Positions 11,515 to 23,900 of a stretch of 64,000 nt of DNA are shown in pieces. This stretch comes from a virus (Duplodnaviria; Caudoviricetes): positions 79,156 through 143,155 of IMG/VR virus record IMGVR_UViG_3300037067_003476; one strand, 5' to 3'. Every line of letters begins with the position of its first letter. The stretch's first letter is position 1. The position numbers were made by a program, and so were the translations under genes. The notes under the pieces are model-generated. The model saw nothing but the letters and a program-made list of their open reading frames with translations, did not search any database and had not been told where the DNA came from.

Positions 11515-11827
11515 TCTCTCCTATTGGTTTCAGTGACATCCTATATCCTACGAACTCAACGGTGTGTAGGTCTATTTCCGCATTCAATGCCCTTACCTGT
11601 TTATTGCCATTATTCAAAACGCTTAACCGAAGTTGTTCCCATCTTTCTCTGTTGATTTTCTGTCGTGCTGTAATTTCATCTTCTGGCAAACCCATTCCCC
11701 ACAATTCCAATCCGAATACCTGTTCAAACTCAGCTATTGGAAAAATAAAGCTAGTGGTTATTTTCTTTGACGCTATCTGTTTTAGTCTGCCTCTTGATCG
11801 GCTATTGATCTGGTCTTTTCGATTCAT
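11501..11827 (-). CDS. Hypothetical protein (tail module)
   Basis: 108-aa ORF overlapping both neighbours, GGAG RBS. Confidence 0.6.
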   Translation of the reverse strand: MNRKDQINSRSRGRLKQIASKKITTSFIFPIAEFEQVFGLELWGMGLPEDEITARQKINRERWEQLRLSVLNNGNKQVRALNAEIDLHTVEFVGYRMSLKPIGENEDG

Positions 11828-12900
11828 CTCCGAATCCTTTCTCGGGACTTCGCCATAGCCAACTCCCTCATTTCTGCCTGACTATTTGGGAGATGCGCGT
11901 CGCTAATTTCATGCGACCCACTAATTATTTCCTGGTTTCTCTTAATTGTCCTCCTGGCCACAGGAGTATTCATGTCATAAACCCTACTGGCACTATTGCG
12001 ATCTGTAACCACAAATACTTCCTGTCTCCCACTCTGTGTATTGCTTATGTTTAATATTCCCTCAGATTCTTTTTGTTTTGTACTGGAATCAGATTTTTCA
12101 TTTTGTCGAATAATCCACGAGTCTAGCAGGTCGTCGTCGTTGACAACCAGACTGCTGGGTCTATCGTATGAATCAAATACCATGTCGTATAGATGAGACC
12201 ATCGAACCAACTCGGCTTGGTTATAACCCCATTCGATTGGATTGCCGTTAAAGATACGGCTAACTATTTTACCAGCATTCCACATAAATCTCCATGGATC
12301 TGTTCTTGCAATTTCTCTCAACACACGTTCAGAATATCGTGATGTAAGAAAGAAAATCGTAACAAGTTGCTTGATAATCGCATGTTCATTTGAAGTATCA
12401 ATATCATCAAAAAACTTACTACCATCAACCATATGGGCTACACACCCTATTAGATATCTTTGTTGCGCCATTGCCGAATACGACTCTATTGTGTCGTTAA
12501 GCAACGATGACCGTTGTTCGATCTTGTCAACCAACGCCTTTTCTGCCCGCCTAATTGCGCTCCTGGTTTTTTCAAGACGATCTGTGTTAAACAGGAAGTC
12601 TAACAACCCACGCTTCATTGTATAGATGTCTTTTTTCAACCCGGCTATCTGTGCGTCAAATTCGCTAGACCACGCACCAGTATTTGTATACAATGCCATT
12701 GCCTCTTCCTCTGACATAAGACCATTTGTTCGGGCGAATACATATGCTTCGTTATATACAATTGTGGCCATAGCCAGATCTTCCGATGTTGCAGGACGCA
12801 AAATAATGGTGACGCGCGACCCGTCATTAAGGGTAGAGTTCACAGATATTTTGCCCCATGATATCAATGCGATTAATCTTTCCCGCTCTGCGCGATCCAT
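11824..12900 (-). CDS. Hypothetical protein, possible tail assembly chaperone
   Basis: 358-aa helical ORF between tail tube and tape measure. Confidence 0.5.
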   Translation of the reverse strand: MDRAERERLIALISWGKISVNSTLNDGSRVTIILRPATSEDLAMATIVYNEAYVFARTNGLMSEEEAMALYTNTGAWSSEFDAQIAGLKKDIYTMKRGLLDFLFNTDRLEKTRSAIRRAEKALVDKIEQRSSLLNDTIESYSAMAQQRYLIGCVAHMVDGSKFFDDIDTSNEHAIIKQLVTIFFLTSRYSERVLREIARTDPWRFMWNAGKIVSRIFNGNPIEWGYNQAELVRWSHLYDMVFDSYDRPSSLVVNDDDLLDSWIIRQNEKSDSSTKQKESEGILNISNTQSGRQEVFVVTDRNSASRVYDMNTPVARRTIKRNQEIISGSHEISDAHLPNSQAEMRELAMAKSRERIRR

Positions 12901-12958
12901 CGTTCCTATCCCTTAAACCAACTAGACAAGTGCTGTCCAAGGTTACTTTCCTAACTAT

Positions 12959-12966
12959 TTATACAC
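12959..12966 (-). promoter_or_regulatory. Putative late promoter motif GTGTATAA
   Basis: Same octamer found upstream of six minus-strand gene starts. Confidence 0.6.
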
Positions 12967-12967
12967 C

Positions 12968-12999
12968 AAAAAAAGACCGGCCACTCATTGACCGGTCTT
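12968..12999 (-). terminator. Rho-independent terminator after the major tail gene
   Basis: AAGACCGG/CCGGTCTT stem followed by T7 on the minus strand. Confidence 0.85.
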
Positions 13000-13026
13000 C
13001 GTTGGTTCGCTGTCGTTTATTGTATA

Positions 13027-14076
13027 TTATTGATTTGCAGGATCTTCTGGGTGCGTTACATCTAGTTTGTTGAATGTTGAGAAATTGTATGTAGTAACCA
13101 CGTTACCACCGCCAGCATCGCCACCGCTATATGTGGTGGACGCAAGCTTGTTCTTACCACCAAGATCGATAACAGTACCCTCTCTCATACGAACCAAAAT
13201 GGTCTCGTTAGAAAGATTGGTTCCACCGACTGGATCTGCCAGCGCATCTACGTTATCCCCTTCACTAGCGGTTACGTCGATTGCGCATGTCACTTCTACC
13301 GGGAATGTTACATATCGGTAGTACGGACCACGCTTTCCAAGCTCGAACAACTGATCTCTGCCAAGATTCGCGGTGATGGTGACTGTTTGGATATGTGCCG
13401 CATACCCGTCGCCAGAAATGGGATTTGTACCAGACGAAGTAATGCCTGGAATATTTGTTGGCCATATGGATGAATCATCTGCCTCGCCCATCAAAACGTC
13501 TTCGCGTCTTTGAACACCACCAGATGATACGATAGAGAATGGCTGGTCTGTACCGTCGAAATTGGGGTCAAAGGTAATATAACCAGATACGCCCTTCCAT
13601 ACTTTGTCGTTGCCGACAAGAGTAACGTCTTCTGTACAATTACCATCGACATTGAGGGTATAGGTTAGCGCGGACAAGTACATCCCAGACATGCCAACCG
13701 AATTGATAGGAGTTCCCGATGCATTGTCGTTAGTGTCTGGATAGATATTAAGCGCAACGAAGCATCTGTTGTTCGATCTCCCAACCAATGTGGGGGATGT
13801 AGCCTGTTGCGTGGCAAGGTGATATAGCAGTGGATACCCGTCAAGAACCTTTTGCATCGTTACCTGAATATCAGGAATACCCTCGATATTCTCGTAAAGC
13901 TCTAGTTGTCCAAGTTCAAAAACCTGTTCCAGGTTGAAAGTTGTGGTTATGTTGATATTCTGGACACCGTGTGCTGCTATAAAACCGGAAGGTGATCCTG
14001 CGTCATCTGGATCTGCAACGCCATGCGGCGCAAACCCTGGTGCATGACAGGCGTAAAAGATACGATTATTTGTCAT
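13027..14076 (-). CDS. Major tail tube protein
   Basis: 349 aa with internal duplication (LEQVFELGQ / RDQLFELGK); own promoter motif, RBS and terminator; position between neck and tape measure. Confidence 0.75.
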   Translation of the reverse strand: MTNNRIFYACHAPGFAPHGVADPDDAGSPSGFIAAHGVQNINITTTFNLEQVFELGQLELYENIEGIPDIQVTMQKVLDGYPLLYHLATQQATSPTLVGRSNNRCFVALNIYPDTNDNASGTPINSVGMSGMYLSALTYTLNVDGNCTEDVTLVGNDKVWKGVSGYITFDPNFDGTDQPFSIVSSGGVQRREDVLMGEADDSSIWPTNIPGITSSGTNPISGDGYAAHIQTVTITANLGRDQLFELGKRGPYYRYVTFPVEVTCAIDVTASEGDNVDALADPVGGTNLSNETILVRMREGTVIDLGGKNKLASTTYSGGDAGGGNVVTTYNFSTFNKLDVTHPEDPANQ

Positions 14077-14115
14077 TTCTAGTCTCTCCTATATTTGCGT
14101 ACTATCTCTCTATTT

Positions 14116-14123
14116 TTATACAC
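14116..14123 (-). promoter_or_regulatory. Putative late promoter motif GTGTATAA
   Basis: Intergenic, about 40 bp upstream of the tail tube ATG. Confidence 0.6.
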
Positions 14124-15047
14124 TTATATACCTGGGCAATCTACTTCAATTTCCCACGTTACGCGACCACGGAATATATTAGGATTCAGCGAATCAATAC
14201 GCTGGACCTTTCCGTTCATTATGCGCATCTTTTTCCAGGGCTTGCTATTCGCCATGTCAACCCAATTTGTGGCCCCAGAAACCGGGCTACCCCACTCGTC
14301 TAAGGGGTACGACATTGAGTTTAGATCAGCCATGATAAATGCCGATCTGCTTTGGTAATCCAACCAATCCATAAGAAGATTTCTGTCAGCTTTATTATCG
14401 GCGAATACTTGTAATACTACAGTTCTACTTTTAATCTGACCACCACCAAGAGCCAGTCCTTTTTGTGTGCCCCGGTTAACATCTATAAATATCGCTGGTA
14501 ACCACACTTGCCTATCCCTATCTGGGATACCAGATGGTTCTATGCGAGACGCAAAATCAACGACGCTGTTTTGTAATAACTGGCTGTAATCGGGATGATC
14601 GGTGGATGACACAAATACCGATCTATGACAATATTCGGCTCGTATATCAGCGTCTGGGTCCATAGGGGTATCAAAGACAATTCTACCATGGCTATAATCT
14701 ACATGATACGAGTACGGTAATTGTGAATCCGTATCGTAAAAGTTGTTGTTGATATATATACCAGAAACCCGAAACGGAGAGCCACTAATCGAGACTCCCT
14801 CTTCCCATACCCATTCGTTTCCAAATCCATTCCAAACGCGACCTTCTTCGTATCTTTGATCTAAAACAGGAAGTAGTCGAGATTCTGTGTCATTAAATGT
14901 TGAGTAAGAATCGTAGTTAATTTGAGAAAATGCGCCGTGGTGTAGTAGACCCCAATCTAGCCATAGCTTGATATTTGTGGTTAGTTGATCGGTTAATTCG
15001 TATCCCCCGAATCCGCCACTATTGATTCCCTTGAATGTTAGAGACAT
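14124..15047 (-). CDS. Tail completion/terminator-like protein
   Basis: Immediately upstream of the tail tube; 'LPAIFID' motif typical of tail terminators. Confidence 0.55.
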   Translation of the reverse strand: MSLTFKGINSGGFGGYELTDQLTTNIKLWLDWGLLHHGAFSQINYDSYSTFNDTESRLLPVLDQRYEEGRVWNGFGNEWVWEEGVSISGSPFRVSGIYINNNFYDTDSQLPYSYHVDYSHGRIVFDTPMDPDADIRAEYCHRSVFVSSTDHPDYSQLLQNSVVDFASRIEPSGIPDRDRQVWLPAIFIDVNRGTQKGLALGGGQIKSRTVVLQVFADNKADRNLLMDWLDYQSRSAFIMADLNSMSYPLDEWGSPVSGATNWVDMANSKPWKKMRIMNGKVQRIDSLNPNIFRGRVTWEIEVDCPGI

Positions 15048-15048
15048 T

Positions 15049-15777
15049 TCACACCGTTCCTATTTGGGCCAACACGATTTTAACAACATCAATTGCCACA
15101 CTACTCTGGCCGATAGTATATTCAATGAAATTCGCACCAGAAATTGGTCGAGCTACATCTGGAACAACATAGCCACCTTCTCGGAATGGTGCTCCGGCTA
15201 CCTGAAGAAATTCTGTACTAGCCATAATCGCTCGTCCGCTGCGAGACCAAGACAGTAGGCTATCAAATCCGTGTCCCTTAGTGAATATGTCATATACCAG
15301 TGTTCTGCCCATCTCCATGTCATAGGCCACCTGCCCTATATCTATATCCGGATCAATTAGCATCCATCTTAATACGGGTATTATTTGATTCGATGGCTGG
15401 GATATATAAGACGCATTTGGTAATCCAAGATAGTCCTCCCAATAGTTGCTAGTACCATGTATCGATATCACAACATTAGACTTGCCAGGAATAATGGTAA
15501 CAGATTTTTTTATCATGTCTAGCAAACCACCAACCAGCGTCGATGCCGCACCATCGCTTAGCCCAAATTCGGCCTGTAGATCAGTAGACCCAATTCCGAG
15601 CAATGATTTGATTACATCAGTTTCTCTGAGTATTTTGGATAAATGATCACCGATAGCTCGTTGTATTATCGTCTTGCGACCATTGACTTTATTTCGAATT
15701 GCGACCATGACATCTGGCATAGCTTTTTCAAGCTGTGTCTTCAGGGGTGGTTTGATAATCAATTCAATACTAGCCAT
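15049..15777 (-). CDS. Neck/head-tail joining region protein
   Basis: Synteny within the head-tail joining cluster. Confidence 0.45.
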   Translation of the reverse strand: MASIELIIKPPLKTQLEKAMPDVMVAIRNKVNGRKTIIQRAIGDHLSKILRETDVIKSLLGIGSTDLQAEFGLSDGAASTLVGGLLDMIKKSVTIIPGKSNVVISIHGTSNYWEDYLGLPNASYISQPSNQIIPVLRWMLIDPDIDIGQVAYDMEMGRTLVYDIFTKGHGFDSLLSWSRSGRAIMASTEFLQVAGAPFREGGYVVPDVARPISGANFIEYTIGQSSVAIDVVKIVLAQIGTV

Positions 15778-17029
15778 TATCTACCAACTCCCAGAATGTT
15801 ATACAATACCTATCTTCTCTTAAACCGACCGGAATTGGCCCTCTCAACCTCCTAACTCTTAGCGTCAGCATGTCACTAATAGCAACGTTCATAAGCGCTG
15901 TTTTTGCCTTAACGATCAGAGGTGCTTCTGTCAAAAAACTTTTTGTTCTAACTATCGCGGACGGATCGTGTACTGCGACACCATATTTACGATAATCTTT
16001 GGGATTCCATTTCACCAGTGCCTTAATACATCTGGTTACGGAATCTGTAATCAAACCAGCACCTTTACAGTGAGGGCACTTGTGCCCTCTGGCAAATGGC
16101 GTTGGTCCGCCAGTCTTGTATATCCCCGTCGATCTATTATTAAGAGAGTCGTATGTGCAATTTGGACACGCACTCCTTGTTGGCTCAAATTCCAAGTACA
16201 TGTTTTTGCCAAGTTGATTGATAAGTGCGTCGATTCTTCCCTGATATATAGAGATCAATTCGTCGCTAATTTGAATTGCAGCATATGGATCTAAAATTGG
16301 ACACTCACTACTTGGTAATTCCTCAAAACCAAATATAACTAGGCCAATATCACCGGAAACCCCTGCTGATCCAGACAAGTAAAGGTCTATGCCAGACGAA
16401 CAAGGATCTCCACCGTTCAAATCAAAGTATCCGTATCGCGTTCTTGACGAAGCAGACAATGAGCCATCACCAGCAACAAATTCGAAGTATAGTAATTCTT
16501 CTGGTTTTTCTATTTCGAACTGCCTGAAAAGGATAAATTCCGATCCGTTGTGTAGGTATGCGTTAATGGTATCGCCGATACGATCAAATTTGACCCTGAA
16601 TCCATAATTATCACCTGCCTGATTATTTTGCCAGTTGAAAATTTCGTTTAGATCAAATATATAGTGTGTGTATCCATTGAAATATGAGAACCTTGAAGCA
16701 GGAATACCAAGCCATAATTTGTGGCTCTTTCCATATTGACCAGGATCGTCAATCCACTGATTAGCAGAACCGGCATGGTAGCATCCAAGCCACGCCCTCG
16801 CCAATTCGCCATTATACGTCGACGGAGTATACCACGATCTATCCCCGGAAACATCAATAGTGAATAAAGACCCAGACAAGGCAAATGTAGATACGTATCT
16901 GCCATGAGAATCATTCGGTGGATACACAATAAGTCTACCATCAGAGTATGTTGGTCCGCTAGGCCAGTCATATCCGTTTTGGTAAGACCATATTCCGCTT
17001 GGTGCGTCAAATGGATCAAATAGAACCAT
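15770..17029 (-). CDS. Head closure-like protein with Zn-finger and N-terminal accessory domain
   Basis: C-terminal CPNC...CPHCKG; N-terminal aromatic beta-rich domain joined through an 'SSGIDLYLSG' linker like those in the fibre proteins. Confidence 0.5.
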   Translation of the reverse strand: MVLFDPFDAPSGIWSYQNGYDWPSGPTYSDGRLIVYPPNDSHGRYVSTFALSGSLFTIDVSGDRSWYTPSTYNGELARAWLGCYHAGSANQWIDDPGQYGKSHKLWLGIPASRFSYFNGYTHYIFDLNEIFNWQNNQAGDNYGFRVKFDRIGDTINAYLHNGSEFILFRQFEIEKPEELLYFEFVAGDGSLSASSRTRYGYFDLNGGDPCSSGIDLYLSGSAGVSGDIGLVIFGFEELPSSECPILDPYAAIQISDELISIYQGRIDALINQLGKNMYLEFEPTRSACPNCTYDSLNNRSTGIYKTGGPTPFARGHKCPHCKGAGLITDSVTRCIKALVKWNPKDYRKYGVAVHDPSAIVRTKSFLTEAPLIVKAKTALMNVAISDMLTLRVRRLRGPIPVGLREDRYCITFWELVDNG

Positions 17030-17034
17030 TGAAG

Positions 17035-17589
17035 TTACCTCGGATAATCAAAAATTCGTGTTCTCGGATTGGCTATCGCAGCAGCGAATCTATCGTAAAA
17101 GTAACCGATAGAATATTGTCCGTCCTCACCTGCTGGACGATAAGCACCAACAATTACCCCGCCCACCGATGATGCCACATTAGAAACTTGGATTTGCCAC
17201 TTTAGTTTTTCATACACATTGCATGGACCAAGCTTCAGTATGTCTCTATAGCCACCAAATCCAACGGACGTATCAATTGAACTATCTCCGTCTCGCACTT
17301 TGATGGCTTGTCCTATCGAGCTTTGAAACTGACCAGCATTGATAATACACGCAGCTTTTAGCGGCAATAGCGCTTGTGCTATAATGTCACCGGATGTCAC
17401 TGGATCTGGACTAATGGTTAAATTTGCAATATCAAAAGAATATGTGTACGACAATTCAACGTCGTTGCTAACAATAATTCCAGCTGTAATCAACACCTGT
17501 TGCAAATACGAATCAGCGTGTTTCTGGGGTAACAGCACATCATTGATCAACACCCTTGTCATCGTCACTAGATCTGTTGTCCATGCCAT
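17035..17589 (-). CDS. Head-tail adaptor-like protein
   Basis: 184 aa; 'RVLIND' N-terminal helix typical of adaptors; synteny. Confidence 0.55.
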   Translation of the reverse strand: MAWTTDLVTMTRVLINDVLLPQKHADSYLQQVLITAGIIVSNDVELSYTYSFDIANLTISPDPVTSGDIIAQALLPLKAACIINAGQFQSSIGQAIKVRDGDSSIDTSVGFGGYRDILKLGPCNVYEKLKWQIQVSNVASSVGGVIVGAYRPAGEDGQYSIGYFYDRFAAAIANPRTRIFDYPR

Positions 17590-17603
17590 CTGCGTACTCC
17601 CTT

Positions 17604-17963
17604 TTATGGTCGTGGGTCCATTACATAAGATGAATTGTCTGTTAGTGATGGCATAACATTTGTTAGCTGCACCACCCTAAGTATGAAGTCGCCTTCGTCC
17701 GTATTTGTTCCGCCATCAGACATACGATAATGATATTGCTCCCTTGTGTGTGTTAATGGAGGAAGATGCGCTGTTGAAAATACGTATTTTCCAGTATTTC
17801 CAATTTCTGTACAGCCACTAGCCGCTGCCGTGACAGGAACAACGTCTCCGTCTCTCCATACTTCTACGACAACATTCAGTCCGCTTGTTAATACCCCTAT
17901 TAACGATGGAGGGGCACTTGGAAAATAGTCGTACTCTGGAATTGATGGTCCAACTACTGACAT
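17604..17963 (-). CDS. Small virion protein paralogous to the C-terminal domain of the 2556-aa protein
   Basis: SGCTEIGNTGKYVFSTAHLP...QYHYRM aligns with SGCYPIGNTGRWGWSTAYLP...QYYYRM. Confidence 0.65.
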   Translation of the reverse strand: MSVVGPSIPEYDYFPSAPPSLIGVLTSGLNVVVEVWRDGDVVPVTAAASGCTEIGNTGKYVFSTAHLPPLTHTREQYHYRMSDGGTNTDEGDFILRVVQLTNVMPSLTDNSSYVMDPRP

Positions 17964-17973
17964 TTTAATCTCC

Positions 17974-20900
17974 TTATATGTTCAGTGTATACTCACTTGC
18001 GTTTCTTGGCATTCTATTTCTGTTCATATTTGTGTTCATGAAAAACTGTCCTTCAAATATATTGCTATTGCTAGCTGTCATTCGATAGTAATACTGTGGC
18101 TTCAGTGATGGCCATGGGTCTGGTAAGTATGCGGTAGACCACCCCCACCTTCCAGTATTACCTATTGGATAACATCCACTATTGGTTATTTCGACAACAT
18201 CGTTATTGCCATCAGTGCAATACCAAACTTCTATATACACAGATCCGGATGCTGGACAATCTAATTTCCCAATAATTTGTGGGCTATAATCCATGGTCCT
18301 GAATAGGTTCTCGATAGTGAAATCGTAAACGCCAGATGCGCCTGATGGGGGTAGAACGTATCCGCTAACAAATAGGTCTACGCTTCCAGAAGAAGACCAT
18401 GGAACGCCATTCATAAAGAGTGTCATATAATCAAGAGACCCAGACGCCCCGTGACAAAATTGTCTTAGGTCGTCGTTTGTAAGATTGGTATTGGTCCACA
18501 TAATAACGTCGTCTAGCCACGCGCTAGTGTGACTACCAGACACTATTACATATGGATCTGTGTCTATGGTTGATAATGGACATGATCCACTATTTTGTAG
18601 ACCATAATCAACATACGGCCTACCATCTGTGGATATTTTCATCCACCAATTACCATCAATAATATGTGTAAATTCGAAAACTATACAATGCGCCTTACTT
18701 CCCTCAATTGAATCGAAAAGACTTGTGATATCTGAACTATACCACGATGCTATACCAGATTCCGTAGAGTTTGTTAAATAAATGTACGATGGACTACCAT
18801 ACTCTTTGGTGGTTGTTAGCGTATATCCACGACCGGTACTAATATACAATCCGCTATCTAGTGGTCTAAGAGCGGTCATGTGCCATGTCAATGTGCTAGC
18901 ACCGATTGTACTTGGGTATCCGCTAGCACTACCGATATCGCTACTTGGTTGTAACCCAGACACAGAGTCGCTTGGTACAAATCCGGCAACAACCCCAGAC
19001 CAATCGATATCAATAATCTTTTCTCTTAAGTCATCTAATGGATGTGTGTATATAGCATTTAATGGATACGGTATTCCAGAGTACGATGTAAAAAATGGAA
19101 TAGATAGATCTAATGATAACGAATATTCTGTGTGTCCATTCACAAATCCATCGACACAACCACTAGCGACCTCTGAATGATAAATGTATAGTGGGCACGA
19201 AGATTCTACGTGTAAACCAGATCCATCAAACACATCATGAAATTCATACAGGGGTTTTCGCAAATGCATCCCAAGATAATATAGCTGCTGAAGCTCATAT
19301 GGCGTAAATCTATCAATATTACCCCATAAGGCCAACTCGTCAGCGTTCAATTCTCCGGTTGGGTATGACTGTATTAGTTTTGCCCCAATAATGTTTCCGG
19401 AACTATCAAAGGTAGATATCGTAGTTTGTCCCATATCTACCCATGCATTACCATCTATACTGACTAGAGAAGTCGCTAGCCCACCACTAAACTCAGTCCT
19501 TACAATGGCTATGGTTGGATTATATTGTAGAGCGTAATAGGTACCAGACGACCACGAGACACCACTAGAATTAAGTACAAAACCCACTCCGCTCCCGGTA
19601 GTTTGAAACCCTACTGAGTTAACGGGTGTAATGCCACTAAACCATCCAAAGTCACAGTAAATTGGGGAATGCTGTACGCCGCTAATCCAGCACAATGCTG
19701 TTAGATCATATAGATCTCGTGGATCTTGATAGTCCGTATCAACATATGAGTAGAACCCGGTATCACCACCAGAAACCGACACACCCTCATCAATGAAGTA
19801 TGGGACGTGAATAGCCCCAGATAATGACCATTCCTTTCCCTTGACCCACTCCAAATTATCGCTATTACACTCGTGGTAATATATTAATCCACTAAAACTA
19901 ATGGGACATTTTGGTCCAGTAATATACAGGGGAATTTCCGAGTTTTTAGACAGCGATCCGATAAATAATGGAGCCCAATTGCTAACCTCTATTGGATCAA
20001 AACCATCAGCGGAATTACACGCTATAGTCAAACCTTGTAGACCAAGCATATACAGACCATTGAGTTCGTATTGACTAAATCTGTCGATGTCTTTCCACAA
20101 GATACTTTCATCAACCATACATGCTCTGTCAACACCAGGAGCAATATATGTGTATACGCCATATCTTGAAGAATTGTTATTTCTAGAACCAGCGTATGGC
20201 GTAGACCCAGAATACCACGGAGATCCATTAATCGATAGTAACCCGATAATTTCTCCGGTTACAAATTCAATGCGACCGGCCACAAATGCCTTAGACTGAT
20301 TAATGTCGGTTTGAATACTGTTAACTGGGTATGTTACCCCATTCGCTACTGCATTTAATATAAATCCGCTCGTCCCAGACGACTGAATTGTTAGACCGTG
20401 ATAAATAGGAGAACCCTGTCCAAGGCCAACAAAATCGCTTGATAATCCACCACCCCTATTGCAGTCCCACCATGTAACCATGGTATAGTTCTGACCATTA
20501 TAAAGTCTATCTCTGGCTGTCGTTGCGATGGGCTCATACCAGTACAAGGTACCATTAGAAGTTTGTAGTCCACCAGAACCGGCTACGCCGGATGTAAAAG
20601 CGGCTAAACTTGTGGTAGATGGAATCCATCCCTCTCCCAGTATGTGTTCATGCGCATTGCCAGAGCTTTGTGAGTCAAAGTATCTTTCATAGGTTTGGTA
20701 AAATACTGCGCCAGACGAAGAAATAAATGGGCATGCGCTTTTCAAAAATAGATCTATTGAGTTTGCGTTTGAAGCAGGGCTTGCACCGTAGTTATCTAAT
20801 CCTATGTGTTTAATAGCACCAAGACTGTACGCCTTTTCTATTTCGAACGTATTTAGATCAACGCCCTTTTGGCCAGCGTATAGATATACCTCGTCAAGCC

Positions 20901-23900
20901 ATATCGACGGGGCGTATTCCCTCTCTGGCGACATAAATATTTGTGCATTTGAGTTTCCGGATGGAGGTAGTTCTATGCCACTAGTTTGGACACCATGATC
21001 GACCCATGTTGTTCCGTCTAGCGAAGTGCGTAATGACCATATGCCATCACCGGAATGCTGTATATCTACGATTAGAAAGTGTGGTTGGCCGTTATTTATT
21101 GTGGATAGTAGCCCAGATAATTCAGTGGTTTCCCACTCGACCGTATTAGTACCAAATCTAACCTTATTATCTAATAACTGTATTTTGACATCTCGTTCAA
21201 CCCAAAATGTTGATCCACTAATTGATGGATTTTTGCTCCATAGCATGAGCATGAACTGTTCTTTGCCAATGGTGCTTTGGTATTGATCGCTATTTGGCGC
21301 AACTAGGGCACCGGATAATCCTGCATATATCCAGCCAACATGCAATCTATTATTCGGTAAACTAGAAACAACTCCATACGCAGCCCTGTCTTCTCCTACG
21401 TTAACTATGTGCGGCCTAGTTGATATTGGCCATGATGTCGGCAAATAATCACCTACACTAACCGTTCCACTTACTGGATCAAAGGTAATACATGTCGATT
21501 CAAAACCGAGGGCCGTTGACGAGTATCCAGCATATATAGCCCTATTATTCGATAACATCGCTAGGTCATTACTGACACCCGGTGCTTGTGTTTCTTGTGT
21601 TGGATCTAAAATTGGTGAAATTGTTAACCCTGACGTATCGATCCGAAGTGGTTGAAACCATACTGGATATGTTTGTGCTATAGTACCCGGTTGACATTGC
21701 CCATTAAGAATCGTGTTATCATTGATCTTGCACATACCATAATATAATTCAGTATACGCTTCCGTGTCTACCTGTCTACCAAATATGCGATCTCCAGAGA
21801 CACCGATTACGTCCTCATCTATCGTGCCCAGTTGGGCTATAGCATATCCTTGTGGCTCGGATGACAGTACGGTATTATCGCACCACGAAAAATATAGTTT
21901 GTTATTATCGTAGACTGGCGATACTCTCCAGCACGGGGAATATGTTGACGACGAATATTTGTTATAGGCAAGAATTGTTGTTTGTGTTGGGGAAAATACG
22001 ATAGTGTCTCCACTGACACTCGCTGTTATTCCAACAAAACCAGATCCAGAAACGCTATAATTTTTAGATCCAAAAATAGCTAAACTATTGTTACCCAAGT
22101 TTATCGCGTTTAGGTTAACGAGTGAATAACCGGCAGTACTTGTGTCAAAAACCGTTCCACTACCACACGACAAAGATGTTCCACTGACCGTTAATAGACA
22201 ATAACTTGCTTGTCCATTTGTATTGTTATAGAACACAGCGAATTTATCAGTGTCGATATTGATAATTTTTTGTGTCCAGCTATAATTATCCGAACGACCA
22301 TTATCGTATACAATCGGAGACGAAAAACTCATGGATAATCCACTAACAGAAGCGTATGTTGCCTTTAATGTATTTGCATCTGTCGTATCGTGATAACAAA
22401 TTATCGCACCAGATGTTCCATGATTTATTGCCGTAATGAATTTTGGCGCATTAGAGGTAAATACCGATAAATTACCAGAAATAGGCATGGAATCTTGAAT
22501 CGCAATGAATCGACACACTCCGGTATTGTCGCTCAGTCGCCTCCAGGCGAACAGCGCACCTCCTGGATTAAAATTAGACACCGTTGGATATCCAGCCCTA
22601 TCATCAGTTCCCCCAATCGGTTCGGCAGACAACAACCCAGATGTTATTACAGAAATACCGCTTTGATTATTTCTAAACCAATACCATTGATGTGACACAA
22701 GCGTATTGTTAAATGTTACAAAAGATGTTTCGTCGATTTTACACATTAGATTGTCTGGGATTGTGGAGTCATAGCTTGGATGTCCATAAAAGCCATACCC
22801 CATATCTAGGTTTGAGTACTGTGTTGATTCTGGCGGGTCGGATAATTTAATACCTGTGTCGGTTAACAATACCGGCACATAGGCGTTTTTGTTAACTGTA
22901 TTAATTTTGTGTGGATATGCCCATATACCACTTCCACCACCAAGATTTAATAAGTATGAATAGTGACATGTTATTGGCATGGAATAATCTCTAACATCTC
23001 GCCCATACGTTAATGAATTATCGTCGTTTAGGCGAATGACGTTCATTCTATTGTGCCTTCCATGACAAAGTATAAAGTGGCTATCATCTATTTTTGTAAC
23101 AACAGGAAGGGCTCGACCATAATTCCATCCATCATATGTCCCAGATTCTCTTCCAGTAACATACATGCCGGATGTAGTATATAGATAGATATTAGTTTGA
23201 TTTGTTGAATTTAAGAATGAAGCAACGACATTTTGTTCATACCCACCAGAAGCCCTTAGACAAATTGTATTAAATGGGTACATTCGTATTGCCCCGAATG
23301 TGGTCGGATAAAATCGCGTACCAGATGTAATACTAAGATCTGGATTCATTTTAACAACAAACGCATAATTGCCACCACCAAACGATGATAAAGAGAACGC
23401 CCTATCATCACCCAACGGAGACAAACTAAAACATGCTGCTGCGGTTAATCCAGTATTAAGCTCTATCCCGCTAGCAACTATTCCACCAGAAGCAGCGATA
23501 CCCATCCATCTATGCTGACTTCCTCCGCCTGTTAATGTAATTGCTCTGTCGTCGTCCATAGGCGCAATACGAATATAGGGAATTGTATAGGCTATTCCCA
23601 TGCGAATTGCGCCGGATGCTGGTATCGAGAAATTTTGCGACAAGTCAAAAGACAGTGCTCCGCTTACCTGTCCATCAACAAATGTGCCAGGACCATACCA
23701 TGTCTGCTTTTTAATCCATTCCTTTCTGTCGTTAAGTGGATGATAAAAAACAGCGCCACTTATCTCATATGGCAAATCTTCTGCCTTGACCAAACAAGGC
23801 ATTTCTCCCGTAATTTGAGTAGGTCCGTATAAGGTGAACGGTACTATTCCACTATACACAGCCTCTATTTTATCGGTATATGAACTTAGATTAAAACCAC

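Noticed and set aside
10648-17589. Contractile tail sheath gene
   Set aside because: No ORF of suitable size or motif between neck and tape measure
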